Source: a virus
Taxonomy: Duplodnaviria; Heunggongvirae; Uroviricota; Caudoviricetes
DNA: 37,698 bases
Strand: one strand, 5' to 3'
Virus record (IMG/VR): IMGVR_UViG_3300029982_000015
The position numbers were made by a program, and so were the translations under genes. The stretch's first letter is position 1, and every line of letters begins with the position of its first letter. The notes beneath the pieces were generated by a model. That model saw only the letters and a program-made list of their open reading frames with translations. It made no database searches and was not told where the DNA came from. This document shows positions 25,939-34,620 of this stretch, one piece after another.

Positions 25939-28900
25939 ATGCGGAACGAACTCCTTCAAAAAACAGATGCGGCACAAGTGACGGGCACTACTGCGTTCAA
26001 AACAGCCGCAAACCAAAACTTTGAAGTTTTAAGTAAGATAGACGCTATCATCAATGAGATGATGACCGTACTAGCTCCGGGGCTCCCTAGACCCAAGATA
26101 AAAATAAACAACAGTCAAGGCAACACCCTCGGTCTATGTCATTGGCAATATGGTCTAAAAGAAGGGAAGCCTTTCTGGTGGGATAACACTGAGATTGAAA
26201 TTCAAAAACGAGTAACGGGAGATGAACGTACACTTCGTAGGATTTTGGCTCATGAGTTGGCCCACTCAGAGGATTTCCTTGTTAATGAAGTTGCCGACCT
26301 GAAGAAGTACGGGTTTCATACATACAAAATGATGCGTGGTATTCATCGTGGTGACGGTGGTCACGGTCCTAAGTGGATGGCAATAGCTCAACGTTTTAAT
26401 GCCAAGTACGGTGCCAATTTTGTTACAAAAACATCTGACCAAGACACAGTAACTGACGATACTAACCTCCGTCCTTTTTACGTTCTCATCTCTGCCGACA
26501 GCAGTGGAAGCACTTTGGGTTGGCAAATCTCGCTTCGCTTGAGCCCTAAGCAGAAAGAATACCTCGGCCAATGTGCTGATGGAAAGATGACTTATCCCAA
26601 GCGGTTGTTCATGAGCACTGACCCCATCCTAATGAAGTATGGGGCTCCTATGATTAAGTATCATGGTTCCTCCATGCCAAGAACGGACGAGCAGAAGTCC
26701 AGACTCAAGGAACTATGGGATAGTGGTGAAGACATTTTGCAACAGTTCAAGCTTAAACCCCCGAGGATAGCGAAGCATAAAACTACGTCTAAAGTTGCCA
26801 GTCCTGACTTCAACTACACAAAGTTCAATGATCGTGAAAAAGACTTGAAAAAACTCCGCATTCAGGAGCCGGACCACGGCATTCATTTGCTTGAGGCCGA
26901 AGCAATCGACCCCATCAAAAAATCCATGGAGAAGACGCAGGGATACGTCACCGCCGAGAAATTGTTTTTGAACAGAGAGGAACTTTCCTACGCGATTACC
27001 CATTCTAATATCAAGCCGGAATGGCGTGGCACTGGTTTAGGTCAGATGCTGTACGACCGCGTTATTGCACAGGCTAAGAAACGGGGCGCAGAGTATCTGT
27101 ATTCAGACGTAACCCCCAACAACCTCAGTAAAGACGCAGTTGGGGCTTGGAAGCGCCTCAGTGAACGTTATCCCGTAGAATACGATGACACTCAAAGGCG
27201 GTATCGCATTCCTTTGAAGTCTCAGGGAAGGAAAACCGCCGCTGCAACTGACGGTCAGGATGTATGGAACAGCTTGCAGCAGGATGCTCTGTCAGGTATC
27301 GTCTATCATGGAACTACAGTAGAAATAGCCAACTTAATTCTCAAGGAGGGTTTCCGTGGGCTTGAGTTCGATGCCATTCTACAAGATGTGCTGGCAAAAT
27401 ACGACATGACCGAGGCCGACATCCCCAAGAAGATGGTCAAAACGCTGGGAATGACCAGACGGAGCTATCAAGGTGAAGCCCATTTAGTCAGCACCTCACC
27501 GGGTGGTGGGGTTGCCGGTCGTTGGGCAGGGGGCGGTGGCGAAGTCCCACGTCAAATCGAAGCCTACCTTCTCGGCAAATACAGCACTCGTGATGTAAAG
27601 AACTCCCGGTTGAATGGTGAACCGGCCATCATAAAGTGTCGCATCAAGAACTTTGAATCGACCCGCCACTACGCAACCATGAAGAAAACAGTAGATGGGT
27701 TGAACCGGCTCATCGCCGATGGTGGTGTGAACGGAAACTTCTCTCCTCGGGCTGCGGCTGTGGATACGTGGGAAACCTACACCAACTTTCTTTGCAAGCC
27801 GGAAGATTTGGAAGTAGTGCAGGTATTCGAAGGACGACCTCAGGTTGATGCGTTGATTAAGCAGCCGTTGCGGGGCTATGTGAAGACCGCCATGCCTGAT
27901 TTTGGTTACAAGAAATACAACGACCGCGAGGAAGACCTCAGCAAGATTACTTTCGAAGTGCGCCCCGGCAGGATGATAGGAGGCGACACGCTTGTCATTG
28001 AAGCATGGACACCCGACCGCCGCCCGAATCCGCACTCTCAACACACGTTGCCGGTTGGTTACATTGAACTGGATAAGGAAAACGGCAAGGACTATGTGTT
28101 CGATGTCTCTATTGAGGATGACTGGCGTGGAACTGGCCTCGGTCAGATGCTCTACGACCGTGCGATTGAAGAAGCGAAGAAGCAGGGTGCCGACCGCCTA
28201 TGGTCTAGCACCGATATGCAGCCGGATGCTCACAAGGCATGGAAGCGGTTGGCACAACGTTACCCAGTGAAGAAGTCCAAGGGCCGCTATTACATCGACT
28301 TCAAGGCGACGAAGACTGCCATCAACAAGTGGGATCATGGAATTCGAGACACTGGCAGTCCAATGAGCTTGTTCAGGGTCATGTCCAGACGGTGGGACTT
28401 TTTCACACAATCCCAGTTTGATCCAAAACCCGCATCACCCGTTGGCAAGATGGGCTCCTATCAAATAAGCAAAGCAAATTACGATGAAAAGGAACCCACC
28501 TTTGCGGTGTACGACAGTGTGAATAAAAGGAATGCCGGGTTCTGTGAAATGGATCAGCAAGAGCATTACTTCAGCATCGGTGCTATCGCTTTTGACAACT
28601 GGTATTTGGGGCTAGGATTACCCGCTAAGCTGTATGCGTGGTTGATTAAAAATGGTCACTGCCCAACCATCGTATCAGGCGATAAGCAGACCGATGGTGG
28701 CCGTGCCGTTTGGAAACAACTGGCCAAACTACCCGATATTTTTGTCTATGCGTGGAACAAGGAAACTGGAGACATGTTCTCAGTTGACCAGAATGACCTC
28801 AGCGCCGAGGAGCCGCTGTGGGATGACGACAATGATGATACCGTTGAACTCCTGCGTCAAGAGATGCGTGAAGGCGTGACTCGCGAAAGAGCGATGGAGA

Positions 28901-31887
28901 TTGCTCAAGAGTTGGTTGACATTGAAGATGACAAAATGAAGTATGCCAAGAACACCGTGCTCGTAGCTGTGAAGAGTGAAGACAAGACAGCCAGTATCCA
29001 ACATTTCGCGTCAATTAAGACCAACATCGCGTCAATTAAGACCAACATCGCGTCAATTAACACGTCAATTAAAACCAGCAGCGTTAAGGAAGCGTATGCA
29101 CGCGGAGAGGATGAAAGCACCAAATGGGAAACCATGATGGAGTCTGATAAGTATAAGGACTGGCTTCCTCAGGCATACGCACGCGAGTTATCCGAGCCGT
29201 GGGTAGAGTACGTGCCCATCTCTCAGCTACTCCCCCTGCGTGAGTATCACTGGAGCCCAAAGGACAACCGGCATGGTGAGGATGCGTTTCATGATTCTGT
29301 CGAAGACATCAAGCGCCATGGCATCCGGTCGCCTATTACCCTCCGTTATTTTAAGGATACCAACACAGCCCTTGTGATCGAAGGCAACCATCGTATCGCA
29401 CAGGCACAGATGGCTGGGCTCACCGAAGTCCCTGCCCGTGTCACCATTGCCACCTATAAGCGTGACCAATATGGCACCGACATTGGGGGACATACTGGTG
29501 GCCCTGTGCGTGGGATGCTTAACCCCAACGAACGCATCTTCTACGACTTCATCCCACCCTCTGCTATTGGTTTGAGTGGGAAGAAGGTGAAGACAGCCGC
29601 TGTAGAAAATGAACGAGATAAGAAGTTCGATGAACTAGCTTCCGACCAAAGAGGAGAGCCTGAGAAGGCCATGCTTCGTTGCCAGATGCATCCTTTAGGT
29701 GCTGGCATTGGCACTCACGCGCTGGAGCACTGTGGTGACATTACGAACCGTATGGCTCAACACTTCACCTACTTTCAGGGGCAGTACGGAATTGTAAAAG
29801 ACAAGGTAGATAAGTGCCTTTACTGGCTGACCAATGAGTATGGGTTCGAACGCGAAGTGCGTGAGAACATGCAGAACAATTACCGGGCTCAAGTGGAAGA
29901 CAACAACCCGAAGCTCAAGGGTCGCAGTTATGAGGAACTGGCGAAAGAATTTTTCAAGCTGTGGGAGGCTTACGGTAACGCTCATAGCCGATTGACTGTT
30001 TATAACCGCGCTCAGAGATACGCCAAGTTCGCGGCTGTTGCCTTGGGTCACCGCAATTTCAGTGAAGCCATCATCTATCTCAAGTCTCTCAAACGGATTC
30101 TGGATATGGGAGAAGCTGAGTACATCAAGGAAGCTGGGCTGTATGTTCCCAGTGGAGTGACAAAAGAGGCTGGAGTAAAGGATGTATTAAAGGGGCTTGG
30201 TGTCGCGTTGCTTTCAGGAGCACTCGGTACTGCCTTGGTCTCAAAACACACCACCACACCTCCTTCTAACCCTCATGACAAGGAATTGAATCAAGTAGGG
30301 CATGACATGATTAAGCGCCTACCACAAACTATTCAAAGCCGGATAGGAGACCCAAATACAATCACGTTCAAAGCTGGCGTGCCCTCCACTAGAGAAGGGG
30401 GTGGAGATGAAATCTGTCAGGTGGAACAAGGTACTCGGGTAGTTTATGTCAACCCTAAATACATAGATATGTTCCTACACACCGAAATTGCAGACCAGCT
30501 TACAGCACATGAGACCACTCACATCATGCAGTCGGAAATCGACCCACAAGGAAATCGCTTCCCAAAGACCAATGAAGCTGACCCATACGGCAAGATGAAA
30601 GACCCCAACACAATCGTTCAGACACTGAAAGACCTTCGGTTGAAGAGTGACCGCATGTGGAATCACTCACGTGAAGAACAGGCCGCAATTGTGCAGCAGT
30701 ATGAGGCGCTTGTGGATATGTTGAAGAGTGCTAAAGACCCTGCACAAAAGAAGGACATCGAGCAGAAAATTAAAGTATTTGAGCCATACATCGCCGACTA
30801 CAACCAGTTAAAGGTTGGTGCCAAGAAAACAATCGACATACCACAAATCCGGGCGATTCTAAAAACCCTACGCGAGGAGGATGGAGAAGGCCAATGTCAC
30901 ACCATGGCCGACATACTTGAGAACAAGTTCGGCTGGGAAAAAGCCAGTGGATTCTACCTGTACCCCACTCCTGATAAGGGACACAACGGCCATGGCGACC
31001 ATTCTTGGAACGTGATGAAAGATGGCACGATCATCGACGGCACCCATGACCAGTTCGGACCGCCTGACATACTCGTAGTTCCACCGGGCGCTGCTATCCA
31101 GAAAAAATATCATGCCTATTGCGGAAGTCATGAGTGCCCAATATGCACATGCCCCGAGTGCAACCCCGGCTTTGCAGAAGAGGTGAATAAAACCGCTTCA
31201 ATTCTAAAAGGAACCCACGTCTACCACGGCACTGATTCAAAGTCAGCAGAAGACATTCGCAAGCGTGGAGTGGATATAACCAAATGCAGCCCCGGCTATT
31301 TTGGTACAGCATTTTACACTGCACTCGATCCTGACCTTGCCAAATCAAACTACGCCGACTTCTCGGATGACGAAGAAGGTGGAGTTGTGCTGGAGTTTGA
31401 AATCATTGGTGGACATATCCTCGACTTGAAAGAATCGGATGACTGGGACGAGTACGCCGCACTTAAAGTACGTCCTGATGCAAATCCAAACTTCCCCAAA
31501 ATGATGGTACAAAAGGGAGTTGACGGATTGGCTGATGAATCCTTCGGAGGTGTGTGTTTCTACAACCCTCGGTGCTTAAAGCTGGTGGGTGTGATGAAAT
31601 TTGGGAGTCACAAGCAGACCCCGATGTCCGACACCACGTTCCCCAACATGGACAAGAACGACGGTGAGGGCTCTAATGCGTATGCCCTTCAGCCCGAGCG
31701 TGTAGAAGGCAACAGTTTGATGCCAAGTCTTGAGGCCATGGTGCCGGGGGCGAAGTTGGGCAAGGAAGTTTATCACGGCACTCCTTTCCATTTCGATTCA
31801 TTCGACACGGACAGAATCAACACGGGTGAAGGTAATCAGACCTACGGGTGGGGGACTGTACTTCGCGGGAAACCGAGATGTTGCTGA
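25939..31887 (+). CDS. giant polyvalent protein, part 1: SprT, GNAT, ART-like, GNAT, GNAT, ParB-like, unknown domain, zincin, papain/transglutaminase-like, ART-like, start of ART-PolyVal
   Basis: HELAH (26251), RGTGLGQMLY twice, YHGT (27304, 31222, 31771), GLGLPAKLY...QTDGGRAVW, EGNHR (29380), HETTH (30508), C...HSW...IID (30895/31000/31036). The frame breaks in a G5 run at 31850-31854. Confidence 0.88.
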   Translation: MRNELLQKTDAAQVTGTTAFKTAANQNFEVLSKIDAIINEMMTVLAPGLPRPKIKINNSQGNTLGLCHWQYGLKEGKPFWWDNTEIEIQKRVTGDERTLRRILAHELAHSEDFLVNEVADLKKYGFHTYKMMRGIHRGDGGHGPKWMAIAQRFNAKYGANFVTKTSDQDTVTDDTNLRPFYVLISADSSGSTLGWQISLRLSPKQKEYLGQCADGKMTYPKRLFMSTDPILMKYGAPMIKYHGSSMPRTDEQKSRLKELWDSGEDILQQFKLKPPRIAKHKTTSKVASPDFNYTKFNDREKDLKKLRIQEPDHGIHLLEAEAIDPIKKSMEKTQGYVTAEKLFLNREELSYAITHSNIKPEWRGTGLGQMLYDRVIAQAKKRGAEYLYSDVTPNNLSKDAVGAWKRLSERYPVEYDDTQRRYRIPLKSQGRKTAAATDGQDVWNSLQQDALSGIVYHGTTVEIANLILKEGFRGLEFDAILQDVLAKYDMTEADIPKKMVKTLGMTRRSYQGEAHLVSTSPGGGVAGRWAGGGGEVPRQIEAYLLGKYSTRDVKNSRLNGEPAIIKCRIKNFESTRHYATMKKTVDGLNRLIADGGVNGNFSPRAAAVDTWETYTNFLCKPEDLEVVQVFEGRPQVDALIKQPLRGYVKTAMPDFGYKKYNDREEDLSKITFEVRPGRMIGGDTLVIEAWTPDRRPNPHSQHTLPVGYIELDKENGKDYVFDVSIEDDWRGTGLGQMLYDRAIEEAKKQGADRLWSSTDMQPDAHKAWKRLAQRYPVKKSKGRYYIDFKATKTAINKWDHGIRDTGSPMSLFRVMSRRWDFFTQSQFDPKPASPVGKMGSYQISKANYDEKEPTFAVYDSVNKRNAGFCEMDQQEHYFSIGAIAFDNWYLGLGLPAKLYAWLIKNGHCPTIVSGDKQTDGGRAVWKQLAKLPDIFVYAWNKETGDMFSVDQNDLSAEEPLWDDDNDDTVELLRQEMREGVTRERAMEIAQELVDIEDDKMKYAKNTVLVAVKSEDKTASIQHFASIKTNIASIKTNIASINTSIKTSSVKEAYARGEDESTKWETMMESDKYKDWLPQAYARELSEPWVEYVPISQLLPLREYHWSPKDNRHGEDAFHDSVEDIKRHGIRSPITLRYFKDTNTALVIEGNHRIAQAQMAGLTEVPARVTIATYKRDQYGTDIGGHTGGPVRGMLNPNERIFYDFIPPSAIGLSGKKVKTAAVENERDKKFDELASDQRGEPEKAMLRCQMHPLGAGIGTHALEHCGDITNRMAQHFTYFQGQYGIVKDKVDKCLYWLTNEYGFEREVRENMQNNYRAQVEDNNPKLKGRSYEELAKEFFKLWEAYGNAHSRLTVYNRAQRYAKFAAVALGHRNFSEAIIYLKSLKRILDMGEAEYIKEAGLYVPSGVTKEAGVKDVLKGLGVALLSGALGTALVSKHTTTPPSNPHDKELNQVGHDMIKRLPQTIQSRIGDPNTITFKAGVPSTREGGGDEICQVEQGTRVVYVNPKYIDMFLHTEIADQLTAHETTHIMQSEIDPQGNRFPKTNEADPYGKMKDPNTIVQTLKDLRLKSDRMWNHSREEQAAIVQQYEALVDMLKSAKDPAQKKDIEQKIKVFEPYIADYNQLKVGAKKTIDIPQIRAILKTLREEDGEGQCHTMADILENKFGWEKASGFYLYPTPDKGHNGHGDHSWNVMKDGTIIDGTHDQFGPPDILVVPPGAAIQKKYHAYCGSHECPICTCPECNPGFAEEVNKTASILKGTHVYHGTDSKSAEDIRKRGVDITKCSPGYFGTAFYTALDPDLAKSNYADFSDDEEGGVVLEFEIIGGHILDLKESDDWDEYAALKVRPDANPNFPKMMVQKGVDGLADESFGGVCFYNPRCLKLVGVMKFGSHKQTPMSDTTFPNMDKNDGEGSNAYALQPERVEGNSLMPSLEAMVPGAKLGKEVYHGTPFHFDSFDTDRINTGEGNQTYGWGTVLRGKPRCC
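29007..29077 (+). repeat. in-frame 21-nt tandem repeat (CGCGTCAATTAAGACCAACAT x2 plus partial copies) encoding ASIKTNI
   Basis: Exact copies at 29007-29027 and 29028-29048; partial copies at 29049-29060 and 29063-29077. Confidence 0.9.
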
Positions 31888-33223
31888 GTATTATCGAACA
31901 TCTTTGGAGAAGAACAAGCCCGACTGGTCTTATGTGGTCAATGGCCGGAGAATCACGCGGCGTGACCCGGATTACGTTCCAGCCGAAATGGCTTGGTTGG
32001 CGCAGGAGTACGGCCCGGTGGACAAGGACTGGGCCGACCAAGAACTGGGGGCTCGTTACATGGGCGGTTTCAATGGAAACCATAGGACAACCAAGAAGAG
32101 ATTCTTGGAGTTCTGCAAAACTCCCATTGAGAAGCAGTCCGGAGGTCAGTTGTACAAGGCTGACATCCCCGAAGACAATGTGTTACTCGACTGGGACAAA
32201 CCCCTCAGTGAGCAATCACCATTAGTTCGCAAGGTGCTTGTGAATGAAATCGCAAACGCGAGAAAAGGTGCTGAAGAGTCCAGTCCGGATTGGGGTGACT
32301 TGGCCGACCACAACAAGATAGATGGCATCATCACGGGTCGCTCCGTTTACCGCGACATTTCGGTTCAACAGGGCTCTGACAAAGCGGCCAGCGAATACCT
32401 GCGCTCTCTCGGTGTCAAGGGCATTAAATACCTTGATGGAGACAGCCGAGTCAGAGGTGACGGAACTTGTAACTACGTCATTTTTGACAGTAAAGATGTT
32501 AAAAATGTTACCACGTTGAAGACCGCTGACCTTGAAGGCGACGGCCAGAGCAGCTTCTTCGAAGAAGTTGAAAACCCACACAGTGTTCAACCGCTACGTG
32601 CATCTACTGAGGAAAAGACAGCCCATGCCTCCGATTACCTTCCTGATTTCGACACTTTCCTCGCGAAACATGGAGGCATTAAGGGGCTCATTCGTGAGTA
32701 TGATTGGAATATCAGTGAGTGGTTCAATTTCAATGGGGAGAACACACCTGAAGCAGAAGAAGATGCCCTACAACAAGCGACTGACTACCTGCGAGGTGTA
32801 TACGAACATTTCTTTTATGAACATGACAGTCGAGGTGGCAAGTTTAATGTCTACCGCTGCATGACATTAGAGAGCCTTCAGCAACTTAAGAAACAGGGGT
32901 TTGGAACTTACTGGTCATGGGATGAGGATGCCGCAGAAGCCCATTGGGGGAGTTTCGGTCGCGGACAGTCCAAATATTATTTTTGGGCACGAGTATCCGA
33001 CCGCGACGTTGACTGGGATAACACAATGCTATGCAATCTAAACCCCTCGCTTGGTGAGGAGGAGAAAGAGATTCGTCTGAAAGACGGAACGCCGCTGCAA
33101 TTGCTGGGATATAAAACTGAGAACGACAGGCAATGGCGACCCGTCAATGCTGCGTGGAAGAACGTGACCGCCAGTGCTGAAATTCCAACTGTGGCTTCCA
33201 AAGTAGGGGACAACCATGCCTAA
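31856..33223 (+). CDS. giant polyvalent protein, part 2 (frameshifted continuation): rest of ART-PolyVal plus a YR...W-S-W...ExE ART-like domain
   Basis: GLYFA...VAEYY...LLDWDKPLSEQ...GVKGIKYLDG...NYVIFD completes the domain begun at 31771. The fused product would be 2427 aa. Confidence 0.82.
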   Translation: MYFAGNRDVAEYYRTSLEKNKPDWSYVVNGRRITRRDPDYVPAEMAWLAQEYGPVDKDWADQELGARYMGGFNGNHRTTKKRFLEFCKTPIEKQSGGQLYKADIPEDNVLLDWDKPLSEQSPLVRKVLVNEIANARKGAEESSPDWGDLADHNKIDGIITGRSVYRDISVQQGSDKAASEYLRSLGVKGIKYLDGDSRVRGDGTCNYVIFDSKDVKNVTTLKTADLEGDGQSSFFEEVENPHSVQPLRASTEEKTAHASDYLPDFDTFLAKHGGIKGLIREYDWNISEWFNFNGENTPEAEEDALQQATDYLRGVYEHFFYEHDSRGGKFNVYRCMTLESLQQLKKQGFGTYWSWDEDAAEAHWGSFGRGQSKYYFWARVSDRDVDWDNTMLCNLNPSLGEEEKEIRLKDGTPLQLLGYKTENDRQWRPVNAAWKNVTASAEIPTVASKVGDNHA

Positions 33224-34037
33224 GTTTCTATACCACGTAACCTACCTCGCCAATCTTGACAAAATTGCCACCTCCGGTCTCCTGCCTAATGCCAACAACG
33301 GCATTGGCGGACCGGCGTTGAAGAGCTACAAGGCCGGTAAGGTGTTCCTGACCGACGCTGGTGGTGTGGATTTCTGGCTCAACCGAGCGGAGATGTTCGC
33401 TTACAATGACTCAGATAACATCGCCGAGGATGGTCTCGTGCCGGTCGTCCTCCGTGTTGTGGAACCAAAGTATCTGACCAAGGATGAGGAAGGCACCAAC
33501 GACTCCGGCCATGAGGCGTACTACTGCTCACGTGTGAACTCCGAGATTGAAGTCTGGACGGGTAACCAGTGGCAGAGCATCTACAGTGCTAACCTCGACC
33601 CGCACACGTTTGTGGATGAGGAAGGGTACATACAGGAGTCGCCATTGACGAAGCCTAAATTTGCCGGAGCCGGAGATGCTAACATCTTCCTACCGCGTCA
33701 TCACACAGAAACCCCCGCATTGCACTCAGACCCTGTATTTGAGACTGAACAGGAAGCTTGGGACACTCTCTTGCCTGACCATAAAGTAGCCCACGACTAC
33801 GAGGCGATGTTCAAGCAGTTGATTGCCGACCAGCCACAATTTGAATCCATTGTAAAGAGGGAAGTTCAATGGGCTAAAACCCACCTGAAGAAACAGGACA
33901 GAATCTCTTGGTACCTCCGTTGGTGGAGGCTCAGTGTATATGACGCTCTCTCTAAAGACACCGGGGTTATCCGTGACAACCCAGCCATGGCGGAAAAGGT
34001 ACAAGAAGGCGGTTCAACAGGGGTTGGCGTTCATTAG
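33216..34037 (+). CDS. YHVT ART-fold domain protein, N-terminal part of a frameshifted gene
   Basis: MPKFLYHVTYLANLDKIATSGL...KVFLT; AGGGG upstream; second module WAKTHLKKQDRISWYLR is cut off. Confidence 0.75.
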   Translation: MPKFLYHVTYLANLDKIATSGLLPNANNGIGGPALKSYKAGKVFLTDAGGVDFWLNRAEMFAYNDSDNIAEDGLVPVVLRVVEPKYLTKDEEGTNDSGHEAYYCSRVNSEIEVWTGNQWQSIYSANLDPHTFVDEEGYIQESPLTKPKFAGAGDANIFLPRHHTETPALHSDPVFETEQEAWDTLLPDHKVAHDYEAMFKQLIADQPQFESIVKREVQWAKTHLKKQDRISWYLRWWRLSVYDALSKDTGVIRDNPAMAEKVQEGGSTGVGVH

Positions 34038-34575
34038 TAGCAAGAATAACAACACAGCCACGCTACCCTTGGATGGTTTCCATGCTGTTACTCGTTGGCA
34101 TGGGGCTCTCGATCACTATCTGTCACTGCCGATTCCAGCCATTCAAAACCATGTATGGGGATGGGAAGACTACCCTACCCTGACTGAAAAGTTCAGTGTC
34201 CTGCGAGTGCAGCTTCCAGAGGGGCTGGACTATGCTCCACGTTATCAGGAAGCTTTTTGGAAAACCCCAATTCCTGCGGAGAGTATTTCGCTTCAATCCA
34301 AAGATGTCTTCGTGAAGCCCGAAGCGAATGCACGGCAGATTGCGGTCTGGGCATCTTGCATCCCTGTTTACGAGGCGGTTCAGAATGGCACCCGCGATCT
34401 TCAGGGAGTAACTCACCTTGAGAAGGGCATGATTGAGTGGTGGCAGCAGCATCCCGAGGACTTTGCCAAGGCGCTACGGCTGGTGGAAGCGGCTTATGGG
34501 GAATCCCCCATCGATTGGCGCACCGGGCGAGTGGAAAGTGGTACATCCATGAAGGCTGAAGTTCACAAGATTTGA
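33998..34575 (+). CDS. frameshifted continuation of the 33216 gene (chimeric C-terminal part)
   Basis: Removing one A from 33994-33997 reads AMAERYKKAVQQG...LDHYLSLPIPAIQN; the fused product would be 452 aa. Confidence 0.5.
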
Positions 34576-34620
34576 TGCCCAAAACACCTTGACTTTCTAT
34601 GTCATAGTAGGGGCAAATTG

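Noticed and set aside
26800-28311. GNAT duplicates as a possible diversity-generating retroelement TR/VR pair
   Set aside because: The differences are not restricted to adenines, both copies are coding, and no reverse transcriptase is present in the window.
29007-29077. 21-nt repeats as a possible CRISPR array
   Set aside because: The copies are directly adjacent with no spacers, are in frame inside a CDS, and no cas genes are present.
34573-34620. Single in-frame TGA between the 33998-34575 frame and ORF 34621, which could suggest readthrough or stop-codon reassignment
   Set aside because: TGA, TAG and TAA all end well-formed genes elsewhere in the window, and the gap contains a plausible SD (AGGGG) before ATG 34621.
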